From Takakia lepidozioides (Eukaryota; Plantae; Bryophyta), in NCBI GenBank assembly GCA_030704615.1, contig CM060733.1, positions 51,460,001 through 51,524,000 of the forward strand: a DNA stretch of 64,000 nucleotides. Direction: 5' to 3'. Under the pieces are notes generated by a model. That model was not told the DNA's origin, did not search any database, and saw only the letters and a list, made by a program, of their open reading frames with translations. Within the stretch, counting starts at the first letter, position 1. Every line of letters begins with the position of its first letter. The position numbers and the translations under genes were made by a program. This document shows, piece after piece, positions 36,974 to 47,121 of this stretch.

Positions 36974-38508
36974 GCGGCAGATGTGGCCTTGAAATTCAAC
37001 CACATCTCCATGGGTTCAATGTCAATGTTTTCCCTTGGTCTTCCAAACTAGGCAACAGAAATGGTAAGCTTTGGGGGCCTAGAATCATCGCAGTGCCATT
37101 TATTCCAGATCAATACATTTACAACCTCCCAGATATTGCTAGACACTTTGGGTATTTCTATCTAGGATGCATGGGGGTGTTTGATCCTTTGCTTACCTCA
37201 GAAGATCTCAAGTTGGACCCAACATGGAAATCCACCACTATTACCTCAAGGCTGAACGACTCAGGCTGTGCTAAATTTGTTGTTATGATGCCCGACGAGG
37301 ACTCTTTTCCACCCTATGTGAGACTCCCCATTGACAGGGAGGGCAACTATTACACCATCCGACTGTTGGAAGAAACTGCTTCTCTATCCTGCTTCAACTG
37401 TGGACAGGTAGGCCATATCAAAGCTAACTGCAAGGAAGGTAAAAGGAAAAGAAGCGGGGCCAGGAACATCCAGCCCCCCTCCCAGAAGGCAGCTCATCTC
37501 AAATGTGCTGGAGTTCCGGCAACGCCGGCAGATCTGCTACAAGCCATGCGGCAGGAAGGTAAAGCCACGAATTCAAGCAGCCCGGCATCACCAATACTAA
37601 AGAAACTCAGAGATGGATCTGACCCCATCCGACAAGAATCTGCAGTTAAAAAGGCGAATTGGGAAAGGAAAGGCAAATGGATCCCGGTAGGCGATGTACT
37701 TCCATCACCGACACCCCCCTTGGCAGACACTGGTATTCTGCCAAACACTTCAAAAACAGTGGTGCTAACCGGAATTTCCAGCAATCCTTCGGTGGCTAGG
37801 ATACGCATGGGCATCAAATCATTCCAACACATCTCCCTACGCTGCTCCTCCGAGGTCAATATTGAAGACCCCCCAAAAGCCTCATGCATCACCCCGCTGG
37901 TCTACAGGAAAGGGCCCCCCCAGTCTTTTCTCATCACGGAAGCGGCTTGGGAGGACTTCGCATCCCTTTGGATCACCATCCAAGATGTCCGGCACTTCAT
38001 CGCTATCTGTCCACCTGATAGCTGCCCTGAGAACATGCTCAAAAAAAAAATACAGGAATTCTTCACAGCCTTCTTACCCTACTACCACCTGGCTGGCACC
38101 ACCAAAGTGTCGTGGGGTTCATACTTGAAAAACTTCCAAGGGCTCAGCTGCAACCCAGCAGCCCACATCTTGGCCCTTATGGAGGAAGCTGACATCTACA
38201 TAGCCCAACCGCCACAGGAAGCAATTTGGGTTAAAAGAAGCATTCTCTCGGAGCCAAGGGGGGCTAGCAAACTCAGACCAGAATTCAAGGAGACACTCTC
38301 AAATGCTTTCACACTGCTGGATGCTATCATAGAAACAGAAATCGACGAAGACAACCACCGACCTGCAGCGCACCAGGGACCATCTCTACCAGTTGACGCC
38401 TACACGGCCTCCACAGGTACAAGACATCCAGTTGTCCCCGACGATGAATTTCAAAGACATGCTAGATTCACCATGCGGGCCTCCTCTCCTGCTCACACCA
38501 GCACCTGA
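36974..38508 (+). pseudogene. L1-like LINE ORF1 (gag-like, CCHC zinc knuckle), 5' end cut by the CACTA end
   Basis: V.PW...W.PRII.VP...IARHFG followed by CFNCGQVGHIKANC, typical of plant L1 ORF1 (DUF4283/zf-CCHC type). The listed ORF start at 36934 lies in the CACTA terminus. Confidence 0.7.
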
Positions 38509-38509
38509 A

Positions 38510-39190
38510 CAGCGGGAGAGACGACATAGGGTTGTCCCCCGATTTTTCATCCGTGGATGAAAAAATGGTAGGACGAATCCATATACCCTGACGGATTTCA
38601 TCCGTAGCAAGGTTAAAAATAGGTTTTGGGGTAGGGGTTAGGGTTTCCACCGTAATTAATCATAATTAGGGGTAGTAAAGGTCGATTCCAGGTCATAATC
38701 ACATCACCCATAGACAGCTCACTTGTGTCAGGATGAAAAAGTAGGGAATATCATCCGTGGCAGCGCCTTACCTCCATCTAGGTAATTCTATCATTCCTTT
38801 CCAGACCATCCGGTATGGATAACAAGAGTCAATAAAAGAGGAATGAAGAATTATCACCCTGGTAGTTTTTCATCCGGTACGGATGGAAAAACAGGATGTT
38901 GTTGGCAACCTCCATAGAGGTAATTCTTTTCTTCCATGGTGACTCATCCGGTATGGATGAGAGTCAATAGAGGAGGAATGAAAAGGCCAAAAGAACCATC
39001 CTCGAGGTAATTCAGTGTCCATCCTGGTGGCTCATCCGGTATGGATGAAAAAGCCTGATAGAGGAACAAAAAATCCACACTGATAGCAAACTGCCAATTC
39101 CCTGTAGAGAGGGAGACAGAGGGAGAGAGGGGGCAACAATGAAAAAAAATGGGTTGGGGGGGGAGGTCAGATGGTGGGGTCAGCTGCAGC
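38510..39190. repeat. Inverted copy of the CATCC/GGATG module and GA/G-run terminus
   Basis: Reverse-complement match to ~30130-30850. CATCCGGTATGGATG near 38807, 38871, 38945 and 39033, TAGGGTTT near 38639, and GAGGGAGACAGAGGGAGAGAGGGGGCAACAA at 39110-39139. Confidence 0.8.
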
Positions 39191-39853
39191 ATATGTCCAA
39201 CACCAGATATCCTAAGTTAATCGACTCTATATCTTGGAAACAGGACCGCCCACCGACCTGTCAAAACAGGCTAAGTCCTGGCAGAAGACAGTAGAAGAGA
39301 TTCTCAAGGACCTGGACCTGGAACCGCAAGTCTTCACCCTGCTAGATAAATCTGACTTAGAGGCTGTAGTGTCCAACCATGTTTGTTGCCATGAGATTGT
39401 CTGATCAAAATGAAGTTAGGCAGAAAACTTCCCTGAACTTGTTTCCAGTCAGTGACATGGGGGAGGACATCTTGGATGACCTCAAGGGTCTACCCACTCT
39501 CGGCACTAGACTGAAATTTAAACTCAGGGCAGGAAGCCTACCTTTGAACAACAAACAGAAGCAGAGAGGAAAGGGAGAGTGCAATTGCCCGTTGTGTGGG
39601 CAATCTGAAGACAGTACTCATTTTCTGATACATTGTCCGGGGTTCTCTCACCAAAGAGACGCTCTCTTCAAATCTATCAAGGGAATTGTGCATGTACCTC
39701 TGTTTACTAACTTTAAAAAAGTCGAGACTGAGCCAAAAGCCCAGCCCCTTCTGAGACCTAGTTTTTGGGCATCTCACACTTAGCAGATTGATGCTTGTGT
39801 GCAGGGATTTGTAGAGGATATCTGGAAAACCCGGATTAATTCTATATGTGAAG
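39190..39853 (+). mobile_element. Second fragment of the non-LTR element seen at 32777-33486
   Basis: 39345-39853 is near-identical to 32862-33362. The upstream part encodes RYPKL...KSWQKTVEEILKDLDL. Confidence 0.85.
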
Positions 39854-40999
39854 CCCCCGCTGCCCCTTACTATCCCTGCAATTCAGGCCGTGTTGGCGCA
39901 TACAACGCCAAATGATTCCCAAGCTACTGGCCAAGTACTTGAGGCAGCTCAGCCCTTGAATCAGGTGATTACAATCCACTTTTAATGCTTAAAACTCTGG
40001 CTCTAATAGACTGGGTAAAAGCTGTCCATATCTGCAATGGAAAATACTTGATAAGGCTCAAAGAATGATTTGCCTTCATCTTTGAAGAGTATGCCAAATA
40101 ACTGAAATGTTGGGGTTCTGGAACTAACTCCAGCCCTACAATTGACATTGGCAGCCATGGTTCACACCGAACCAGGCACATGATGGGGGAGTTCTCCCTT
40201 TGAATAGAACATATAAAGGTGGTATAAATGCTGATAGTATGAGCTAGGCCCTGGTAAGGCAGCCTGCTGGAATATATGTATACACCTTATACATGATCCG
40301 GTCAATGTACATTATTTTGGCTAGCTGATCTCCTGTAGCCAATGTCGTATATCACATTTAAAATACCTTATATGTTCCATGCTCGAGGGCTTTCACCTCT
40401 CATGGATGGTATGGACTTTTCCCTTGAATGCAGATATATTTGTGATGGAGGATAAAAAAACCAGAGTAAGTAAACACCATGCACAAGGCTGATGGTTTCT
40501 TACACATGTTGAAAGAACTCGCTCCCTTGGGATTTATGCTTAGTCTATACCCCAATAGAGGGATTGATGTCACTATACTGTTTCTGGAAACCTGGTGTGT
40601 AGAAGGAGCAGCTTGGTAACCTTTTTGCACTACAACAGATTGCGGCTTTTATGACTCCCATGGCTGCGCAGTCATGACAGATTTTTGGCAGAAATGCCAT
40701 TTGAAGTCGTAGATGCCTTTTGAAGTCATAACGTAGGTCCGGGGAAGGCGTATATGCGATTGCATGACTCCGGACTCTGCGCAACACAGGTCAAACATGT
40801 TTGACCACGAATATTGGCATGGCAGATATGACTACCAGTCACGGTCATACCTACACTGGAATGACGTGTACAAATTGCTAGACGGACATATGATTTTATT
40901 ATATCAATATTTATATTTTGAGAAAAATGTCGGAGACTTTAACCACTAGAATGATTTTTTAAAAAAAAAATCAAAGTGCAAAAGATTTGAAAAAAGCAC

Positions 41000-41190
41000 A
41001 TCGGCTAGAGGTGCACAGTGTGTCGCCCCGGTGGTTCGGGGTTCAAACCCGCTGCCCTACCCCGTGTGTGGGATTGTTCGTGACGATATGTTTGGGCGTT
41101 GATCGTCCTGTAGGTCTCATGGCCCAAATGAAAGGGGGTTAATTTTCCCCCCTCCTCAAGGGCCTGAGGCTTCCTTTAAATTTTTTTTTT
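41000..41190 (+). mobile_element. Possible tRNA-derived SINE remnant inside the Pack-CACTA
   Basis: B-box-like GGTTCAAACCC at ~41040-41050 preceded by a weak A-box-like segment. Ends in a T/A-rich tract. Confidence 0.4.
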
Positions 41191-41724
41191 AAAAAATTCA
41201 AAAAATTGCTTATAGGGTTTGCAAGAAGGTTAAAAAACTTAAAAAGTTGCCCATCACGGTAGCCGTGAATAGAATTAGAGTGAGCGGGAGGGAGGGAGAT
41301 AGAGAGAGAGGGCTGGGACTTAGAGCGAGTGAGCGGGAGGGAAGGCAAACATGCATGGGAGGCCGCAGTTGGAGCAACTTGTGCATCTGAAGCAAGCAAC
41401 CCTAGAAACGCTAGGGTATGTGTGCGAGGAGGTTTTGGCTGGGAGCTCGTCGTTCTTGGGAGAGTCAGCTTGGTCTTAGCAGGCCGTGTTTCAATCTCTA
41501 CCCACTCAGCTGCACCGTGGTGGTTCTCACAGACCAATCCGACATTACCTGACTACAGAAACAAGCAGCACACTGAAGAGGTCCTCTTGGGTTCATGGTC
41601 AGTCAAATCCTCCATGGGTCATGACACAAGGTCGAGGACAATGTGGTGAGGGCACCTTCTTCTTCGACCTATTTCAGCCTGTTTTGCCCTCTCATCAGAC
41701 TCGGCCCTTCATTTGCAGCACGAT

Positions 41725-44040
41725 TGTTGTATGCATGATTTTGTGCAGAGGCATAGATAGCTGAAGGAGCAGGGATAGAGTGTGGAAGAGGGCCAGATTT
41801 CAAGCTCCAGATTATCTATGATTCCCTGTGGAAGGATAGATACAAGAAACCTGCATGGGTAGATGGTCAATTGGAAGCCGCAGCAGCAGCGGCACAATTG
41901 ATAAAATCAGGCACTGCTAATGAAGGCACCTTCTGAAACACATTTCACCCTATTTTCCCCTCTTATCTGAATCGGCCCTAAATTTTCATGTTCAATTCTG
42001 CAAGTTAGCTGGTTGAGTGAATCTAGTTGGAGTGACTTTGACATGATACTGCCAATGTGACAAGAGTATGCATTGAACCCATTGGTAGCGGGATATTGGG
42101 ATATCTCTTGGCCATGTGCCATCGTTAAAGCTGAATTGTACTAGTTGTCATTCTGACCACTGCCCTAGTGGACATGTATGCCAAATGTGGGTGCAGCAAG
42201 CCTGATGCAAAGGGAGAGTTCGACAACATGGCTAAATGAGATGTGGTGTTGTGGACTGCCATGATTGTAAGGTGTGTGTAGCATAGGTGTGGGAGTAAGG
42301 CTTTGGAAACCTAAGAACAAATGATGTGGGAAAGGATGAAGCCAAACCAGGTCATGTTCATTTGTGTTTGTTAATATTCATATGCGAGCCTAGCAGCCCT
42401 GGGAAGGGGCCAAGAGGTTCATGGTGACATCATCAAAGCTGGAATTGTACCTGATGTCATTCTGGTGTACATGTATGTCAAATGCGAGCCTGGTAGCCCT
42501 GGAAAGGACGCAAAGGTCCATTATCAAATCTGGAATTGTACCACTAGATGTCACTCTAAACACTGCCTTGGTGGATATGTATGTCAAATGCACGCCTGGC
42601 AGCCCTGAAAAAGGGTACAGAGGTCCACGGTGATATTGTCAAAGCTGGTATTATATCTGATGTGATTCTGAACGTTGCCGTAGTGGACATGTATGCCAAG
42701 GTTGCAGGGTGCAACTACAAGGATACATGGCTGTTTTGATAATATGGCTGAATGAGATGTGGTACCAGCCTAGCCCATAATTGCACTTAACTAGAGTAGG
42801 CAATGAGTGAAGATGGGGTTTGTGATGACATCGTCCAAGCTGGAATTAAACAAATGTTGTTCTGAACTATGCCCAAGCTGGAATTGTACTAGATGTCGAT
42901 CTGAACTTTGACATGATGCCAATGTGACAACAGGAAAGTATCCAGAAACAGGTCACAGAGACGAGGAGAAGTTGTGGAATGGTGGGACAACCGAGGGAAA
43001 AAGGTTAATGCCTGTTAGATTATAGAGGGCAGACGCAATTCAGCATAGGAACTAGTGTGATAAGCTGAGTTGGGTGTTTCCTAGAACAAATCTAGGCTGT
43101 CATTATCAGCTACAAGGCAAGGAAGTATGCATGATTTGTGCAGAAGCAGTGATAGCTGAAAGAACAGGGATAGAGTATGGGTCCAGATTCATCCAAGAGG
43201 GCCAGATTTCAAGCACATGATTACCTATGATTACCTGTGGATTTAGCTATAAGAAACCTGCATGGGTAGATGGTGAACTGGGAGCCGCAGGAGTAGCGGC
43301 ACAATTGATAAAATCAGGCATTGCTAATAAAGGCACCTTCTTCAACACATTTCACCCTGTTTTTCCCTCTTATCAGAACCGGCCCTAAATTTCAATGTCT
43401 GCAAGTTAGCTGGTTGAGTGAATCTAGTTTGGAGTGACTTTGACATGATATTGCCAATGTGACAACATGAAAGTATCGAAAAACAGTTATCGGAGATGAG
43501 GGGAAGTTGTGGAATGAATACTTTTCTGACCCCAGTCAATGGTGGGACAACCGAGGCAAAAAGGTAAATGCCTGTTGGATTACAGAGAGTAGCAGATGCA
43601 ATTGAGAATAGTGGTAAGTTGAGTTGGGTTTTTGCTGGAACAAATGTAGGCTATCATTGTCAGCTGCTAACAGCAATGCAAGGATATATGCATGATCTGT
43701 GCAGAGGCATGGATAGCTGAAGGAGCAGGGATAGAGTGTGGGTCCAGATCATCCAAGAAAGCCGGATTTCAAGCTCCAGATTACCGATGATTCCCTGTGG
43801 AAGGATAGCTACAAGAAACCTGCATAGGTAGATGGTCATGGGTAGATGGTAGATAGTTTGGAGTGACTTTGACATGATACTGCCAGAGTGACAAAAAAAA
43901 AGTATCCATAAACAGGTAACAGAAATGAGAAGAAGTTGTGGAATGAACTTTTCTGACCCCAGTCAATGGTGGGACAACAAAGGCAAAAAAGTGAATGCCT
44001 GTTAGATTACAGAGAGTAGCAGACGCAATTCAGCATAGGC
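41725..44040. repeat. Internal ~560-bp tandem/dispersed repeats in the Pack-CACTA (copies near 41725-42065, 42905-43465, 43440-44040)
   Basis: ATGCATGAT..GTGCAGA..GATAGCTGAA..CAGGGATAGAGT near 41731, 43127 and 43688. GGAGTGACTTTGACATGATA near 42029, 43431 and 43860. Confidence 0.8.
42075..42790 (+). pseudogene. Captured PLS-class PPR fragments (degenerate, repeated)
   Basis: VILTTALVDMYAKCG, F(D)NM..*DVVLWTAMI, KALE..EQM...MKPNQVMF, LGRGQEVHGDIIKAGIVPDV, LNTALVDMYVKC, VAVVDMYAK, with stops and frameshifts. Confidence 0.88.
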
Positions 44041-44769
44041 ACTAAGGCAAACTCTCATTCCCCGTAAGGGTGTGTTTTGGTATCTGAGCGAATAAATATT
44101 TTATCTAAGAATATAATTTCAAATATTCGTTATTTAATAATGTGCCACTGTCCCATGTTGGTCAAAAGTAATAATAATAATAATAATAATATTTATTATT
44201 ATTATAGTAATTATAATAACAATAAATTAAATCCCCCCCCCCCCCCAACAGCGACGCGTGTCAATTGACATGAGGAACCACGTGTCACAATCACGACGCG
44301 ACACGTGCTGACGTCTGATTCCCTCCTCTGCAGTCGGGATGGCGTCGCAGTCTGACACGTGGCGTGTTCTGTAGAGAGCACGTGTCTCTCTTACACAACG
44401 GCTGACATGGACCCGTTCCGTCATTCAGTAAAGCCAGCGTGTATGACTACCCCCACAGCTGCTCAGGCGCCACGTCACAGCCAGGCTGGCGAGTCATATC
44501 TGCCATGCCACAACTGACTAGGGTTTTACGACTGCAGAGTCATGAAGTCGTAAATGGCTTTCATAACTGCATTTGCAGTCATAACACAGAGTCGTAAAAG
44601 CCGCAATCTGTTGTAGTGTTGGTACACAATCCAAAGGCTTTGCTAATGAGCATAGAGAGTCTACCATTTTTGGAGATGGAGTTTGGTATGCACTCCCTTA
44701 CGGGTGAGTGCATACCACACTCACTCCGTAAGGGCCTGCCATATACCAGGGGCTGGCTGGTGGGATCCC

Positions 44770-45640
44770 TCTCTCTCCCTCTCTCTCCCTCTGTTACCTG
44801 GGTCTATGGAATTGTTATCCCGACTTCCATATTTTTGGTGCTTAAAATCTGGGTTGTAGGGAAAACCGGATGAATTTCATCTTGGTTTCATCCGTTTTAC
44901 CTTGGCACGTATCTGATTTTTCATTATTGCCTACGATTTTTCAGTATAGCCTACCTTGATTTCATCCAGCCTATACCATAGCTGTGATGTGTTGAACCTC
45001 GGCGTATTTTCCTGATTTTTCTCATCCTACCTTGATGGAAATTGGAATCTGTCCGCCGGGTTCAAGGCTATGCTGGATGAAATTCATCCGGACAGTGGAT
45101 GACTGTTGTGGCAAGACAAGGTAAGGTCCCTGCGCAACCCTATTTCTGCCTCTTGCGTTGAAGGATCGCGCAATGGTGGCATGGAGGAGGAGAAGGTGCT
45201 CGAGCTGCACTTACGTTGAATTGCCGCTCCTTGGGTTGTTTAAAGACTCTATGAATGCCGCCCCTATGGATTCATTAAGGAGACGGCGGTTCTTTTAAGG
45301 TGAGTGAAGGCACTGTCTCATTTGTATGTTTTTTTGCTGCACAAGGGAACAAAGGCAGTGATGGCGGAGGTACCACCTGCGTGCTTGTGAAGTTTCCTTA
45401 GGAACCCTCCTCTGGATCTTTGATGAATGGCGGCGTCTTGGTAAAACAAGTCTCTCTCTCCCTCCCTTTATAAACCCTACCTTATGAGACAAAGCTCTTT
45501 TTTCTTGTGCTTGGCAAGACTTTGCTTTGGTTAAGGTAGCAGTGTTGTGGTGTTGGCGGAGACCTCCCTGCACGGTTGGGCTTGTGGAGAGATGGCGATA
45601 GGCAAAGCAAGGCGAGGCAGTCTCAGCCATCATTGCAAAA
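44770..45640. repeat. Strongly diverged further copy of CT-terminus + CATCC/GGATG module + module A start
   Basis: CTCTCTCCCTCTCTCTCCCTCTG, then GGATGAA(A/T)TTCATC palindromes (near 44868 and 45075), then AATGGCGGCGTCTTG near 45426 as near 30952. Confidence 0.5.
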
Positions 45641-47121
45641 CAAGGACCCTCCACCAATCTGGAGAGGATTACCCACCACAAGTAGCACTATACTGTCCTT
45701 CACAGATCAAACATAGACTACGATCATGAAAAACATAGAGTAGTTTAGTTTTTCAGATTTCAAGATGAATCCACAGCCAGCAACCATCTTCACTTCTCTG
45801 TAATCCTCATGGTACCCTGCAGCACTTAGCAATCAACATATTAAGTGGAAGTCCTCACCTGTGCCCGTCCCAAAAACAACCACAACGCATTGTGAGTTAG
45901 TGAGGATGCACGAGGTAAGTAGCAGGCTTCCACACTTGCTATCGAGGTCAAATACACTTGAATCTAAGCACAGAGAATGCCAAAGAAAGCAGAGAAGCAA
46001 GACAAACAGAAAAAAAAACCTTTTTTACTGTTTGGGGGATGCCCATCCTGTCAGGTTAAGCATAAAGGCGCTACAATGTATTGTTTGCGGCAGCCCTTTG
46101 GGTACCTTCCCGTGCATTGTTTAAACCCTGCAATGGTGGTTGAGTTATGGTGGTTTGTGTGGGACACATACATCAGTTTTTAGGCCCTGATTTGCTTTGC
46201 CTCCGGTCTGTTAGGGTAAACATATAGGTGCTACAAGTTATAGTTTGCTGTAGCCCTTTGGGTACCTTCCCGGACAGTGTTTAACCCTGTGTTGAACGCA
46301 ACTACTTGTCATAGAGACGGAAAATTATGTTTCGTCTGCAAATGTTTTTTTTTTTAATTCCATTTTCAAGCCATATGCTTAATGATAGCATATGCAATGT
46401 GCGTGCAAATTTTGGGAGTAAACAAAAGTCATTTGGACCCATAACCAGATTTTGTTCTCTCATTTGCACTCCAAAGTTGAGTTATCTTCAACTTCATGCA
46501 CTCTTCATAGAGAATTCTGCAAAAGTAACCCTAGAAACACACTAATTTTTTTCCATTTTTTTTTTGTCCCATTTTTTGCATGGATGTAATGGTGCAAAGC
46601 CCGATGTCACTAAACAAAATAAAGCTAAAAATAAAATCATTACGCCCTTCAAAACCGCAATCATATATTTTCTAAATGCAAATATTTATTTTAAATTCAT
46701 TCAAATTCGATTTAATTCAAAATTGGTGCAAGGGTGAGTGCGTCGTTGGGGAGGCAATTTTTTTTTAATTTATTAATTTATTAATTTATTTTTTCCTGTT
46801 GGATCTTTGCACAGGTGTTGCAATGTATTTAAGCACATGTAGGAAAAAATGAAGCTTGAGCCACATCCATTTGTTGGGTGCAATGACATGAGAGGATTTT
46901 CTTTCACATTAATAAACAAAAATTGGTTGATAGGGTGAATGCGTCATTGGGGGGGGGAAATGATTTTGTTTGGGTTTGAAACTTTGCATGCGTGTACGTT
47001 GCGCACATACATGTAATTATTGAATGACATATTTGATGCACACACACATTGAAGGTTGTTTTTTGCATTTCGCTTATAATGCAGTCTATGGTTGTAATGA
47101 CACATTATAATATATGTCCCT

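Larger units (their letters stand above)
40628..44618. mobile_element. Non-autonomous CACTA (Pack-CACTA, 3991 bp) with captured gene fragments
   Basis: TIR CACTACAACAGATTGCGGCTTTTA(T/C)GACTC at 40628 and reverse complement ending 44618. 3-bp TSD TTG on both sides. Subterminal ATGAC/GTCGTA repeats. No transposase inside. Confidence 0.92.

Noticed and set aside
36179-37003. 274-aa minus-strand ORF
   Set aside because: It spans GC-rich CACTA subterminal repeats that lack stops by composition. No recognisable domain.
38800-39050. CATCCGGTATGGATG repeats with spacers as a CRISPR-like array
   Set aside because: The repeat is only 15 bp, spacing is irregular, spacers are partly similar to each other, there are no cas genes, and the context is eukaryotic.
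42075-42790. Functional PLS-PPR editing factor
   Set aside because: Multiple stops and frameshifts, no E/DYW domain, and it sits inside a non-autonomous CACTA.
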